Source: Candidatus Saccharimonadaceae bacterium (lineage in GTDB: Bacteria > Eisenbacteria > RBG-16-71-46). From it: a stretch of DNA of 64,000 nt. The position numbers and the translations under genes were made by a program. Positions 39,856 to 50,279 of the stretch are shown here, piece by piece; the stretch's first letter is position 1; each line of letters begins with the position of its first letter. The stretch is taken from positions 35,177-99,176 of the forward strand of contig DATJGS010000042.1 of NCBI GenBank assembly GCA_035494735.1, written 5' to 3'. The notes below the pieces were generated by a model, which was not told the DNA's origin, made no database searches, and worked only from the letters and a program-made list of their open reading frames with translations.

Positions 39856-42588
39856 ATGTCCAAGAACACCAGGGGTTTGATCGCCACGCTGACGTTCGTG
39901 GCACTCGGCTGCTCGCTGGTCCTGCCGGCGAGCGCTCAGCAGAGGGCCGCCGCGCCCGCGGGTGGAACCGGCAAGATCAGCGGGAAGGTTCTGGATGGTA
40001 AGGAACCTGTCGCGTTCGCCAACGTGATCGTGCTCGGCACCAAGCTCGGCACCATGACGGACGACAACGGTGTCTTCATGCTCGTCGGCGTGCCGGTCGG
40101 GACCGTGCAGGTCTCGGTCGAGGCGGTCGGGTACGAAAAGAGCGTCCAACCGGCTCGGGTCGACGCCGGGCAGACCGTGTCGCTGGCCTTCTCGGTCCAC
40201 ACCAAGGTCACGAAGACGCTCGAAGAAATCACGGTCACCGCCGAGAAGAAGATCGACACCAAGTCCTCGACGACGAAGCAGTCGATCAGCGCCGAGAAAC
40301 TGCGCGAGATCCCCGTCGACAACCTGTCACAGGCGATCGCGGTCAAGGCCGGCATCGTCGCCCAGGGCGGCGAGCTGCACTTCCGTGGCGGCCGTGGCGG
40401 CGAGGTGAAGTTCCAGTTCGACGGCGTCGAGGTGTCCGATCCGCTGTTCGGCCGCAACGCGGGCATCGCGAACCTGGCCGTGGCCGGCACCGACGTGCTC
40501 TCGGGCGGGTTCGACGCCGAGTACGGCAACGCGCTCTCGGGCGTCGTCAGCGTCAGCACGAAGGAAGGCACGGAGCGCTTCGGCGGCGAGGTGCGCTGGG
40601 ACACGGACCGCTATGGCGACCCGACGAAGACGTTCGACAACTACGACCGGTTCACGTTCGGCTTCGGCGGCCCGACCCCGATCAAGAACCTGACGTACTT
40701 CGCGACGTACGAGGGCAGCTTCCAGGACACGTACCTGCGCTCGACGATGTCGAAGCCGAACCGGACGCTGCTCGACTTCATCCAGCTCGGCAACCGGCAG
40801 AGCAACCAGATCAACACGAACTTCAAGCTGGCGTATCGCATCAGCCCGAAGAACAAGGTGACGTTCGAGACCGTCAACAACCACAGCATCGACACCCCGT
40901 ACAACCACATGTGGAGCCGCAAGGGGTTCGTGCAGGTGACGCTCGACACGGTGCGCACGGCCGGGCAGCCCGACCGCTACAACCCGCACTACGGCACCTG
41001 GGCGGCGACGCGCGTCGACTCGACGTACCAGCCGATGAACATGGCGGACCACGTCCCGACCGTCGACGACCGCTACCATCAGCTCACCGCGGTGTGGACG
41101 AACCAGATCTCGGACAAGACCGTGCTCACGACGCGCGTCTCGAACTTCGTGTTCGACACCCGCCAGTCGGTGGGGCAGAAGCAGCCCTGGGAGTACGACA
41201 CGCAGAGTCCGCAGTACTGGACGGGCAACGTCGTGTTCGGCACCGAGGACAATCCGTACTTCGCGACGCACGGCGACTACCCGACGTACTCGCGCGTCAG
41301 CGCGGCGACGTACACTTTGAAGAGCGACTTCTCGACCGCGCGCTGGAAGCAGCACACGATGAAGACCGGCATCGAGGCGAAGTACAACCGGGTGCAGAAC
41401 CTGAACCTCGTGCTGCCGAACTCGGAGACCGGCGGTCTCCCCGGTGGTTCACGCTCGGACTTCACGAACTTCAATCCCGAAGGCGCGGCCTACGTGCAGG
41501 ACCGCTGGGAGTACGAAGGTCTCGTGCTGAACGCTGGCGTGCGCTTCGACGTCTTCTCGCCCGGCCTGCAGATCGCGGACTCCGACCTTCTGAGCGGCCA
41601 GCGCTACAAGCAGCAGTTCAGCCCGCGACTCGGCATCGCGTATCCGATCTCGGACAAGGACGTGCTGTCGTTCCACTACGGGTGGACGTACCAGACGCCG
41701 GCCAGCAACTTCATCTTCCAGAACCGCGAGGTGAACACGAGCGTCGCGGTGCGCGGCAATCCGGACCTGCAGCCCGAGACCAACATCGCGTACCAGGCCG
41801 GCGTCCAGCACCTGTTCTCGCGCGACTTGTCGGGTCAGTTCTCGGTGTTCTTCAAGGACATCTACGGGCTGATCACGTCGCGGCAGGATCGAGACGCGTT
41901 CGGCAATCTGATCAACGTCTATTACAACGGCGACTACGCGAGTTCGCGCGGCTTCGAGGCCAGCCTCACGAAGAGCTTCAGCCACAAGTTCTCGGCCGAA
42001 ATGAACTACACGTACTCGCTGGCCACGGGCGTCGCGTCGGATCCCAACCAGGCGCTGCAGTTCTCGCAGGGCGGCCGGCTCTACCTGCCGATCTCCGAGC
42101 GCGCGCTGAACTGGGACCAGCGGCACACGCTGTCGCTGCAGGCGGTCGTGCGCGATCCGGGCAAGTGGGGCTTCCGCACCCTGTGGACGTACGGCTCGGG
42201 CTTCCCGTTCACGCCGGCGTTCCGCAACGATCGCAAGCCGGATCCGGCGCTCGAGAACTCGCGCCGCCTGCCGTCCGAAGCGCGGCTCACGGTCGACGGC
42301 GACAAGTTCTACAAGATCTGGGGCCAGAACGTGACGCTGTTCTTCGACGCGAGAAACGTGCTGAACGCGAAGAATATCCAGAGCCTCACACAGAACCTGT
42401 TCCCGAATCCGTACGTGAACACGGCCGGGGACGATTACACGATCTACTACACGGAGACCGGCCGTGCCGGCGGCGCGTACCTCCAGGACATGAACGGCGA
42501 CAACCAGCTCGACTGGGTGCCGGTGCAGGATCCGCGTGTGTTCGAAGAAGGACGCAACGTTCGCATGGGCGTGAGTGTCACCTTCTAG
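39856..42588 (+). CDS. TonB-dependent-receptor-like barrel with N-terminal carboxypeptidase-regulatory-like domain
   Basis: Signal peptide; ISGKVLD..FANVIV..TDDNGVF..VGYE domain; LEEITVTAEK; plug FRGGR..DG..GGFDAEYGNALSGVV; SPRLGIAYPI; C-terminal RMGVSVTF. Confidence 0.88.
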   Translation: MSKNTRGLIATLTFVALGCSLVLPASAQQRAAAPAGGTGKISGKVLDGKEPVAFANVIVLGTKLGTMTDDNGVFMLVGVPVGTVQVSVEAVGYEKSVQPARVDAGQTVSLAFSVHTKVTKTLEEITVTAEKKIDTKSSTTKQSISAEKLREIPVDNLSQAIAVKAGIVAQGGELHFRGGRGGEVKFQFDGVEVSDPLFGRNAGIANLAVAGTDVLSGGFDAEYGNALSGVVSVSTKEGTERFGGEVRWDTDRYGDPTKTFDNYDRFTFGFGGPTPIKNLTYFATYEGSFQDTYLRSTMSKPNRTLLDFIQLGNRQSNQINTNFKLAYRISPKNKVTFETVNNHSIDTPYNHMWSRKGFVQVTLDTVRTAGQPDRYNPHYGTWAATRVDSTYQPMNMADHVPTVDDRYHQLTAVWTNQISDKTVLTTRVSNFVFDTRQSVGQKQPWEYDTQSPQYWTGNVVFGTEDNPYFATHGDYPTYSRVSAATYTLKSDFSTARWKQHTMKTGIEAKYNRVQNLNLVLPNSETGGLPGGSRSDFTNFNPEGAAYVQDRWEYEGLVLNAGVRFDVFSPGLQIADSDLLSGQRYKQQFSPRLGIAYPISDKDVLSFHYGWTYQTPASNFIFQNREVNTSVAVRGNPDLQPETNIAYQAGVQHLFSRDLSGQFSVFFKDIYGLITSRQDRDAFGNLINVYYNGDYASSRGFEASLTKSFSHKFSAEMNYTYSLATGVASDPNQALQFSQGGRLYLPISERALNWDQRHTLSLQAVVRDPGKWGFRTLWTYGSGFPFTPAFRNDRKPDPALENSRRLPSEARLTVDGDKFYKIWGQNVTLFFDARNVLNAKNIQSLTQNLFPNPYVNTAGDDYTIYYTETGRAGGAYLQDMNGDNQLDWVPVQDPRVFEEGRNVRMGVSVTF

Positions 42589-42610
42589 CCGACCGGGCCA
42601 GAGAGGGAGC

Positions 42611-45541
42611 ATGAGACGACCGATGATCAGCAAGGCATGGCGCCCGGCTCTCGCAGGGCTGGCGCTTCTGGTGGCGTCGGCGATCCCGGCGTCGGCCGTC
42701 GAGGAGTTGGGCAGCCTCGCCGGGCACAAGCCGGACATCGACGGCTGGAGCGACGCGCAGATTCGCGCCGCGTACCCCGAGTTCTATCCGGTCTCCGCGA
42801 ACGGCCGAGTGCAGCTGGCGGCGGCGCCCGACATCTTCAACCACGGCGCCGTGCTGACCGTCGGCGACGTGTACATGAAGGTGACGAACTACGGCTGTAT
42901 CGGAAACCCGTTCACGAACGTGTCGAGCGATCCTTCGGGCCAGTGGCCCGGAGCGTCGTCCGTCGAGTACCTGAACGCGTTCGTGTTCATGGTCGGTGGC
43001 GTGAACCTGGCGTCCACGGATCCGGCCGGCGTCCGGCGCGTGAGCTACTTCCGCGAGTGGCGACCGCCGACGCTCGACCCCGAAGACAAGATGTACCCGA
43101 CGTACGACGGCCAGTTGAACGGCGCGCGGTTCACGAACGACGACGGCGACGTCGACCCGTTCTACGGCGAGCCGCGCATCGACGAAGACTTCCTCGATGG
43201 CCGCGACAACGACGGCGACGGCAAGATCGACGAGGACTTCGGGGCCGTCGGCCAGCAGGAATTCACGTGCGTGATCCGCGACGACACGAAAGAGGCGTTG
43301 AACGCGACGTTCAACGAGAAGCACATTCCGCTCGGGCTCGAGTGCCAGCAGTCGGCTTGGGCCTACTCGATCCCCGGCTTCACCGAGTTCAACGTGGTGC
43401 AGTACCACGTCACGAACGTGTCCGGGCACATGCTCGACAGCCTCATGGTCGGCTGGCTCGTGGACATGGACTGCGGCCCGGTGTCGAAGGCCAACTACTT
43501 CTCGGACGACCTGGACCTGCCGTTCTATCCGCAGGGTGAGTTCCCGATCGCGGTGCCGGCGAGCGACACGCGGTCGCAGATCGGCCACGATCCCAACCTC
43601 GGTCCGCCCAACACGCCGCTGTGCAGTCAGCTGGTCTATCGCGTGAACGGCTTCTCGATCGCCGACGACGACGGCGACGACGGCCATACGCCGGGTCTGC
43701 CGACGTTCATGCTCATCAACTACACGATGGACCCGCTCGGCATCTCGGGTCCGAAGCGACTCCAGTTCCTGTCGTTCCGCTCGTACACGGGCGGCACCCC
43801 GTACTCCGCGGGCGGCGGCCCGTCCATCGACCAAGAGCGCTTCGAGTTCATGTCGGGCGGCGAGAACGTCGATGCGACGAGTGGCTTCATCACGGCCGAC
43901 GCGTCGGACACGAAGGGTGACTACGTGCAGGTGGCGTCGGTCGGCCCGTGGCGCAGCGTCGCGAACGGCCAGTCCGTCGACGTCACGGTGGCGTTCGGGG
44001 TGCGCGGCGGGTCGTACGTCAAGGCGTTGAACTACAAGACCGACTATCAGGTCTACGTGGCGAACGGCTCCAAGTCGACCGACCTCGAGGACTTGCGCCG
44101 CAAGTATCCGGCGCTCGACAACGCTCTGACCGCGCAGATCGCGTTCGAAGGCGTGTGGGAGCCGCACGACGGCGCGAAGAATCTGTTCACGGACTATCAC
44201 GGGCGCGAGACGCCGATCCGCCTCGATCGCGGGACGCCGGACCAGACCGTCCTCGAGAACTGCGAGGGCCGCGAGCGCAGCGTGACCGTCAACAGCCGCG
44301 AGTTCTCGTGGTTCGATTTCGACTGCGACTACTGCACCGGCGTCTACGACTTCGCGAACAGTCGCGGACTCTTCCACAAGACGTGGAACGCCGAGGCGCC
44401 GCCGCCGAACCCGAACACGAACCTGGGCGTGAAGTACAACTACACCGACAATCCCGACCGCCAGGTCGCGCCCGAAGGCGACAAGAAGATCACCGTCGCC
44501 TGGGACAACCTGTCGGAAGTGACCCCCGATCCGAAGTCGGGTTGGTACGACTGCCGCGGCTACAAGATCTGGAAGGTGGCGAACTGGACGCGGCCCGTCG
44601 GATCTCCCGGGCCCAACGAGAGCGACTGGTCGCTGATCGGCGAGTTCCGCCTGTTCGACTACGTCGACAAGAACAGCCAGCCCATCGCCAACAACCACTT
44701 CGTGAACGCGAGTGGCGACACGGTGTGTCCGCAGCTCTACGTGCCGAACTACAAGGATCCGACGACGGGCATCGTTGGACCGGCGACGGTGCCGATCTGC
44801 CTGACGCGCGGCGATCTCTGGGATCGGCAGAGCGGGCAGGTCATTCATCCGGACCCGGCCATCCAGTGCGTCGGCTATCCGAACTGCGAGGTGGACCACG
44901 GCTGCTTGCTCGGCGTCGCGCCGAACTGCCTGCCGGTGTACCGCACGAAATATCCGGTCGGGCACTACCAGTACGTCGACGACGAGGTGAAGGACGGGTT
45001 CCTGTACTTCTACTCGGTGACGGCGTTCGATTCGACGGGTGACCCGACGGTCGGAACGCTGGCGGAGCTGAGCGGCCGCCGTACGGCGGTCGAGACCGAA
45101 GGCGTGTCGCCTCAGGTCGCGACGCGCAAGGGCAAGGGAGTCTGGGTCGTTCCGAACCCGTACCGCGGCTTCTCACAATTGTCGAAGCGGCCCTCGTCGT
45201 GGGACCTGACGCCGAACGCGTCCGACCCGACCGGCACGCACATCGACTTCATGGGCATGCCGCCCGGACAGTGGACGCTCAAGATCTTCACGGTGGCCGG
45301 AGACCTGGTGGAGGTGATGAAGTCCACCGATCCCGTGAACGACGCATTGCGCGCGAACGTCACGGACGACAGCGGCGTCTCCCGCCCGGGATTCAATCGC
45401 CAGCAGGACACGGCGAACGACGGAGAAGCACGCTGGAATCTGATCTCGCGCAACGGCCAGGACGTCGTCAGCGGCATCTACCTGTTCACCGTCGAATCGT
45501 CCCAGGGCACGCAGCGCGGACGTTTCGTCATCATCCGCTAG
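42611..45541 (+). CDS. Large secreted Cys-rich protein (about 976 aa) with Fn3-like segment and FlgD/T9SS-like C-terminal domain
   Basis: Signal peptide ending IPASA; DGRDNDGDGKIDED Ca-binding-like loop; ITVAWD..GYKIWK; tail VPNPY..TLKIFTVAGDLV..WNLISRNGQDVVSGIYLFTVES..RFVIIR. Confidence 0.8.
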   Translation: MRRPMISKAWRPALAGLALLVASAIPASAVEELGSLAGHKPDIDGWSDAQIRAAYPEFYPVSANGRVQLAAAPDIFNHGAVLTVGDVYMKVTNYGCIGNPFTNVSSDPSGQWPGASSVEYLNAFVFMVGGVNLASTDPAGVRRVSYFREWRPPTLDPEDKMYPTYDGQLNGARFTNDDGDVDPFYGEPRIDEDFLDGRDNDGDGKIDEDFGAVGQQEFTCVIRDDTKEALNATFNEKHIPLGLECQQSAWAYSIPGFTEFNVVQYHVTNVSGHMLDSLMVGWLVDMDCGPVSKANYFSDDLDLPFYPQGEFPIAVPASDTRSQIGHDPNLGPPNTPLCSQLVYRVNGFSIADDDGDDGHTPGLPTFMLINYTMDPLGISGPKRLQFLSFRSYTGGTPYSAGGGPSIDQERFEFMSGGENVDATSGFITADASDTKGDYVQVASVGPWRSVANGQSVDVTVAFGVRGGSYVKALNYKTDYQVYVANGSKSTDLEDLRRKYPALDNALTAQIAFEGVWEPHDGAKNLFTDYHGRETPIRLDRGTPDQTVLENCEGRERSVTVNSREFSWFDFDCDYCTGVYDFANSRGLFHKTWNAEAPPPNPNTNLGVKYNYTDNPDRQVAPEGDKKITVAWDNLSEVTPDPKSGWYDCRGYKIWKVANWTRPVGSPGPNESDWSLIGEFRLFDYVDKNSQPIANNHFVNASGDTVCPQLYVPNYKDPTTGIVGPATVPICLTRGDLWDRQSGQVIHPDPAIQCVGYPNCEVDHGCLLGVAPNCLPVYRTKYPVGHYQYVDDEVKDGFLYFYSVTAFDSTGDPTVGTLAELSGRRTAVETEGVSPQVATRKGKGVWVVPNPYRGFSQLSKRPSSWDLTPNASDPTGTHIDFMGMPPGQWTLKIFTVAGDLVEVMKSTDPVNDALRANVTDDSGVSRPGFNRQQDTANDGEARWNLISRNGQDVVSGIYLFTVESSQGTQRGRFVIIR

Positions 45542-45568
45542 TCGCGTGAACGACAGGAGGAAGAACCA

Positions 45569-46522
45569 GTGAGAAAATTCATCGCGGCTTGCGGCGTCCT
45601 CGGGCTGATGATCCCAGCCCTCGCCGGCGCGGCCGAAATCTTCGACAAGGTCGGCACGTTCGACGGCCAGTTCCTGAAGATCGGCGTGGGTGCTCGCGCC
45701 GCGGCGATGGGTGGCGCGTTCGTCGGCGTGGCCGACGACGCGACGGCCCTGTTCTGGAACGCGGCCGGCATTGCGCGCATCGATCCCGACAAGTCGGAAC
45801 TGTCGCTGAATCACGCGAACTGGCCGGCCGAGTTGTCGTTCGATCAGATCGGCTACGTGTTCCACATCAAGCGCTTCCCCGGCGCGTTCGGCGTCTCGGC
45901 GCGGGCGCTGTCGATGGATCCGATGGTCGAGACGACGGCGTTCCAGCCCGATCCGAATGTCGGCACGGGGAACACGTTCGATGCCGGCATGATGGCGGCG
46001 GGCGTGACGTACGCGCGGTCGTTCACCGACAAGTTCAGCGCGGGCGTCACCGCGAACATGATCCATGAGGGTCTCGCCGACGTGTCGCAGCAGACGTTCG
46101 CGTTCGACATCGGCACGCTGTACGACGTCGGCACGCTCGGCATGAAGATCGGCATGGCCATCTCGAACATGGGCTCGCAGATCAAGTTCATCGACCACGA
46201 GGCGCGCATTCCCGGCATCTTCCGCGTCGGGACGTCCGCCACGCTGCTGCAGAGCTCGGATCAGAAGCTGATCGGTTCGTTCGAGTTCTCGCATCCTCCG
46301 GACAACGCCGAACGCCTGAACTTCGGCGGCGAGTATTCGTTCCACCGCTACGTGTTCCTGCGCGGCGGCTACAACTTCAACTACGACACCGAAGGCGTCG
46401 CTGGCGGCGTCGGGTTCCACTTCCCGGTCTCGATCGCCGGACAGGCCGATCTCGACTACGCGTACACGGACATGCACGAACTGGGCGGCGCACATCGGTT
46501 CACGCTGAAGTTCCTGTTCTGA
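45569..46522 (+). CDS. PorV/UPF0164-family outer-membrane barrel
   Basis: QFLKIGVGARAAAMGGAFVGVADDATALFWNAAGIA is the family N-terminal signature; 317 aa; C-terminal HRFTLKFLF; AGGAGG RBS. Confidence 0.85.
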   Translation: MRKFIAACGVLGLMIPALAGAAEIFDKVGTFDGQFLKIGVGARAAAMGGAFVGVADDATALFWNAAGIARIDPDKSELSLNHANWPAELSFDQIGYVFHIKRFPGAFGVSARALSMDPMVETTAFQPDPNVGTGNTFDAGMMAAGVTYARSFTDKFSAGVTANMIHEGLADVSQQTFAFDIGTLYDVGTLGMKIGMAISNMGSQIKFIDHEARIPGIFRVGTSATLLQSSDQKLIGSFEFSHPPDNAERLNFGGEYSFHRYVFLRGGYNFNYDTEGVAGGVGFHFPVSIAGQADLDYAYTDMHELGGAHRFTLKFLF

Positions 46523-46533
46523 GCCGACGTTCC

Positions 46534-48039
46534 ATGCCGTCCGGCGTCGTCAACGTTCGAGAGCGCTCCCTCAGGGGGGCGCTCTTGCGTTTTGCGCTCG
46601 CCGCGCTGGGCGCGCTCGCGCTGACCGCGCCGTGCCGGGCGGCGCACGGCCCCGACGACGGTCCGGGGCCGCTGCCGTGGCGCGTCGGCGGCCGCATCGG
46701 ATTCACCGTCGACGCGGCGGCGTTCCCCGACAGCAGCGCCGGCACCGTGCTCGAAGTGTACGTGCGCGTGCCGCCGGCCACGCTCGTCGAGCTCCAGAGC
46801 GACTCGCTCGGCGCCTCGTCCCTGCATCTCACGACGCGCCTGCGCGGTCCGCTCGGCGCCCGCGAGGTCGTGCGCGAGCAGGACATCGCGATCGGCCCGG
46901 GGGACACGCTGCGCGGCTTCGGCAAGGTGAGCGTGGTGCGCTTCGCGACGCGGCCCGGCCTCAACCGGCTGAGCGTGCGCCTGGCGGACATGGCGCCGCC
47001 GGCCCGCGGGCTGGCCGCGACGTCGCATCGCGGGCGGCGCGCGGAGAAGGTGGACGGGGAGTTCCTCGTGCCCAAGCCGGAAATGGATCGCCAGCTCTCC
47101 GACATCGAGTTCGTGTGGGCCGAGGACTCGCTGGGCCGGAGCGCCGCGTTCCGTCACGGCCCGCGCCTGCTACTGCCGAATCCCGAACGGCTGTACGGCC
47201 TCTACGCCACGGACGTCCGCGCCGCGTTCTCCGCCCGCGGCAAGGCGGGCGACGTGCGCGCCTGGCACTGGGTCGCGCGCGCCGTCGACACCGAGCACCA
47301 CGTGCGCGCCGAGCAGGAGGGCGACGGCGAGCCGGCGGCGCAGCTCGACGCGGCCGTGTCGCTCGACGCGCAGACGCTGCCGGCCGGAGGCTATGACCTC
47401 GAAGTGAAGGCGTGGCAGGACGGCGACAAGGGCGCGCTGTCGCGCCGCGCGCATTTCAGCATCGCGTGGCACGAGGACTCGTGGGTGCGCAGCCCGCGCG
47501 ACATCGAGGACAGCGTGCACTTCCTGCTCGACGCCGACGGCGAAGAGGCGTTTGCCGCGCTGCATCCCGGGGAGCAGGAACGCTACCTCGACGATTTCTG
47601 GAAGCGTCGCGATCCCACGCCCGAGACGGCGCGCAACGAGGCGCTCGAGACGTTCCTGGCGCGCGTCGACTACGCGAATCGCACGTACAGCCACGTCGGC
47701 CTCGGCAAGGGCATGTTCTCGGACATGGGCCGCGTCTACATCCGCTACGGCCAGCCCAGCGAGGTGACGCACCAGGTGATCCCGGCCGGCGATGACGGGC
47801 TCGATCGCGTCGTCCAGGAACTATCCGCGACCGAACAGCGCCCGATCGGCGGGCTCGGCTCGGCCGGGCTCGGCGGCGACATGCGGCCGTACGAAGTGTG
47901 GATCTACGAGGGCGAGATCCCGGTGCCGCCGGATGCCGACCCCGCGGTCACGCCGCGCGTGCGGCGCCAGCGGCTCGTGTTCCTGTTCGTGGACCAGCAG
48001 GGCTTCGGCCAGTACACGCTGCGCTACTCGACCGAATAG
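46534..48039 (+). CDS. GWxTD-domain protein
   Basis: FWKRRDPTPET.RNE..E.F.ARV.YAN..Y...G....SDMGRVYIRYGQP, followed by PYEVW.Y and FVDQQGFGQY.L. Signal-like N-terminus. Confidence 0.85.
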   Translation: MPSGVVNVRERSLRGALLRFALAALGALALTAPCRAAHGPDDGPGPLPWRVGGRIGFTVDAAAFPDSSAGTVLEVYVRVPPATLVELQSDSLGASSLHLTTRLRGPLGAREVVREQDIAIGPGDTLRGFGKVSVVRFATRPGLNRLSVRLADMAPPARGLAATSHRGRRAEKVDGEFLVPKPEMDRQLSDIEFVWAEDSLGRSAAFRHGPRLLLPNPERLYGLYATDVRAAFSARGKAGDVRAWHWVARAVDTEHHVRAEQEGDGEPAAQLDAAVSLDAQTLPAGGYDLEVKAWQDGDKGALSRRAHFSIAWHEDSWVRSPRDIEDSVHFLLDADGEEAFAALHPGEQERYLDDFWKRRDPTPETARNEALETFLARVDYANRTYSHVGLGKGMFSDMGRVYIRYGQPSEVTHQVIPAGDDGLDRVVQELSATEQRPIGGLGSAGLGGDMRPYEVWIYEGEIPVPPDADPAVTPRVRRQRLVFLFVDQQGFGQYTLRYSTE

Positions 48040-48114
48040 CGCTTCAGGGCCGCCGCCCGCGCGCCCGCGCCGGCCACCGCACTGGCCCCCGCGGCGCCCC
48101 CAACCCCCGCGACC

Positions 48115-48144
48115 TTGACCCCTGTCGCGCGCGTGGGGCATAGT
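48115..48144 (+). promoter_or_regulatory. sigma70-like promoter for the pfkA-gap-pgk-tpiA operon
   Basis: TTGACC-N18-CATAGT. Confidence 0.45.
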
Positions 48145-48215
48145 CGCCCCCGATCTGTCCCCTTAACTCCCAGAGTTCCAAACCGTTGGGCCATCGGCCC
48201 GAAACGGGAGCCAGC

Positions 48216-49253
48216 ATGCGCCTCGGGATACTGACGGGCGGCGGCGACTGCCCCGGACTCAATGCCGTGATCCGCGCGGCGGTGGCGCGCGTGGTGCGCG
48301 GCCACGCCGGGCTGATGCTCGGCTTCGAGGATGGCTGGCGCGGGCTGTTCGAGAACCGGGTCAACGACCTGACGCTGAATGCCGTGGCCGGAATCCTGCC
48401 GCGCGGCGGCACGATGCTCGGCACGTCGCGCGTCGACCCGTTCCGCGCCGAAGGCGGCCCCGACGCCATCCGCGCCGCGTTCACGGCGCACCGTCTGGAC
48501 GGGCTGCTGGTGTGCGGCGGCGACGGCACGCTGGCCGCGGCGTCGCGCCTCGCCGACCTCGGCCTCAAGATCGTCGGCATCCCCAAGACCATCGACAACG
48601 ACGTGCGCGGCACCGACTACTCGTTCGGCTTCGACACCGCGCTGACGACCGTCGTGCGCGCGGTGGACGCGCTGCACAGCACGGCCGAGGCCCACGATCG
48701 CGTGATCGTCGTCGAGGTCATGGGCCGCACGACCGGCTGGCTCGCCGTGTGCGCCAGCATCGCCGGCGGCGCCGACGTCGTCGTGACGCCCGAGGAGCCG
48801 ACGCGAGTGTGCGACGTGTGCGAAATCATCAAGCATCGCATCGCGCGCGGGCGCGACTTCAGCATCGTCGTCGTCGCCGAGGGGGCCGACTTCAAGCCCG
48901 ACCCCGACGGGCGCAGCCTGCAGGGACCGCTGCGCTACGACACGGTCGGCCGGCGCCGCTACGGAGGCATCGGCGAGCAGCTCGCGCTCGAGCTCGAGTC
49001 CCGGCTCGGGATCGAGACGCGCCACGTGGCCCTCGGCTACGTGCAGCGCGGCGGCACGCCGACCGCGTTCGACCGCCTGCTGGGTTCGCGCATGGGCATC
49101 GCCGCGGTGGATCTCGCGGCGCGCGGCGAATACGGTCGCATGGTCAGTCTCCACGGCAACCGCATCGACTCGATCCCGCTGTCCGAGGTCCGCGAGGGGC
49201 CCCGGCCGGTGGATCGTGAACTCTACGACGTGGCGCGGGTTTTCTTCGGCTGA
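48216..49253 (+). CDS. pfkA: 6-phosphofructokinase
   Basis: GILTGGGDCPGLNAVIR, RGGTMLGTSR, GGDGT, IPKTIDND, EVMGR and LGYVQRGG. Confidence 0.95.
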   Translation: MRLGILTGGGDCPGLNAVIRAAVARVVRGHAGLMLGFEDGWRGLFENRVNDLTLNAVAGILPRGGTMLGTSRVDPFRAEGGPDAIRAAFTAHRLDGLLVCGGDGTLAAASRLADLGLKIVGIPKTIDNDVRGTDYSFGFDTALTTVVRAVDALHSTAEAHDRVIVVEVMGRTTGWLAVCASIAGGADVVVTPEEPTRVCDVCEIIKHRIARGRDFSIVVVAEGADFKPDPDGRSLQGPLRYDTVGRRRYGGIGEQLALELESRLGIETRHVALGYVQRGGTPTAFDRLLGSRMGIAAVDLAARGEYGRMVSLHGNRIDSIPLSEVREGPRPVDRELYDVARVFFG

Positions 49254-49268
49254 AAAGGGGGTTGTCGC

Positions 49269-50267
<999 letters not shown>

Positions 50268-50279
50268 GGAGGGCGTTTC

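Noticed and set aside
44320-44345. c-type haem motif in the cargo protein (CDYC)
   Set aside because: The motif is followed by Thr, not His, so it is not CxxCH.
39856-45541. SusC/SusD polysaccharide utilisation locus
   Set aside because: The downstream gene has a type I signal peptide and a CTD rather than a lipobox and SusD TPRs, and no glycosidases or sensor genes adjoin.
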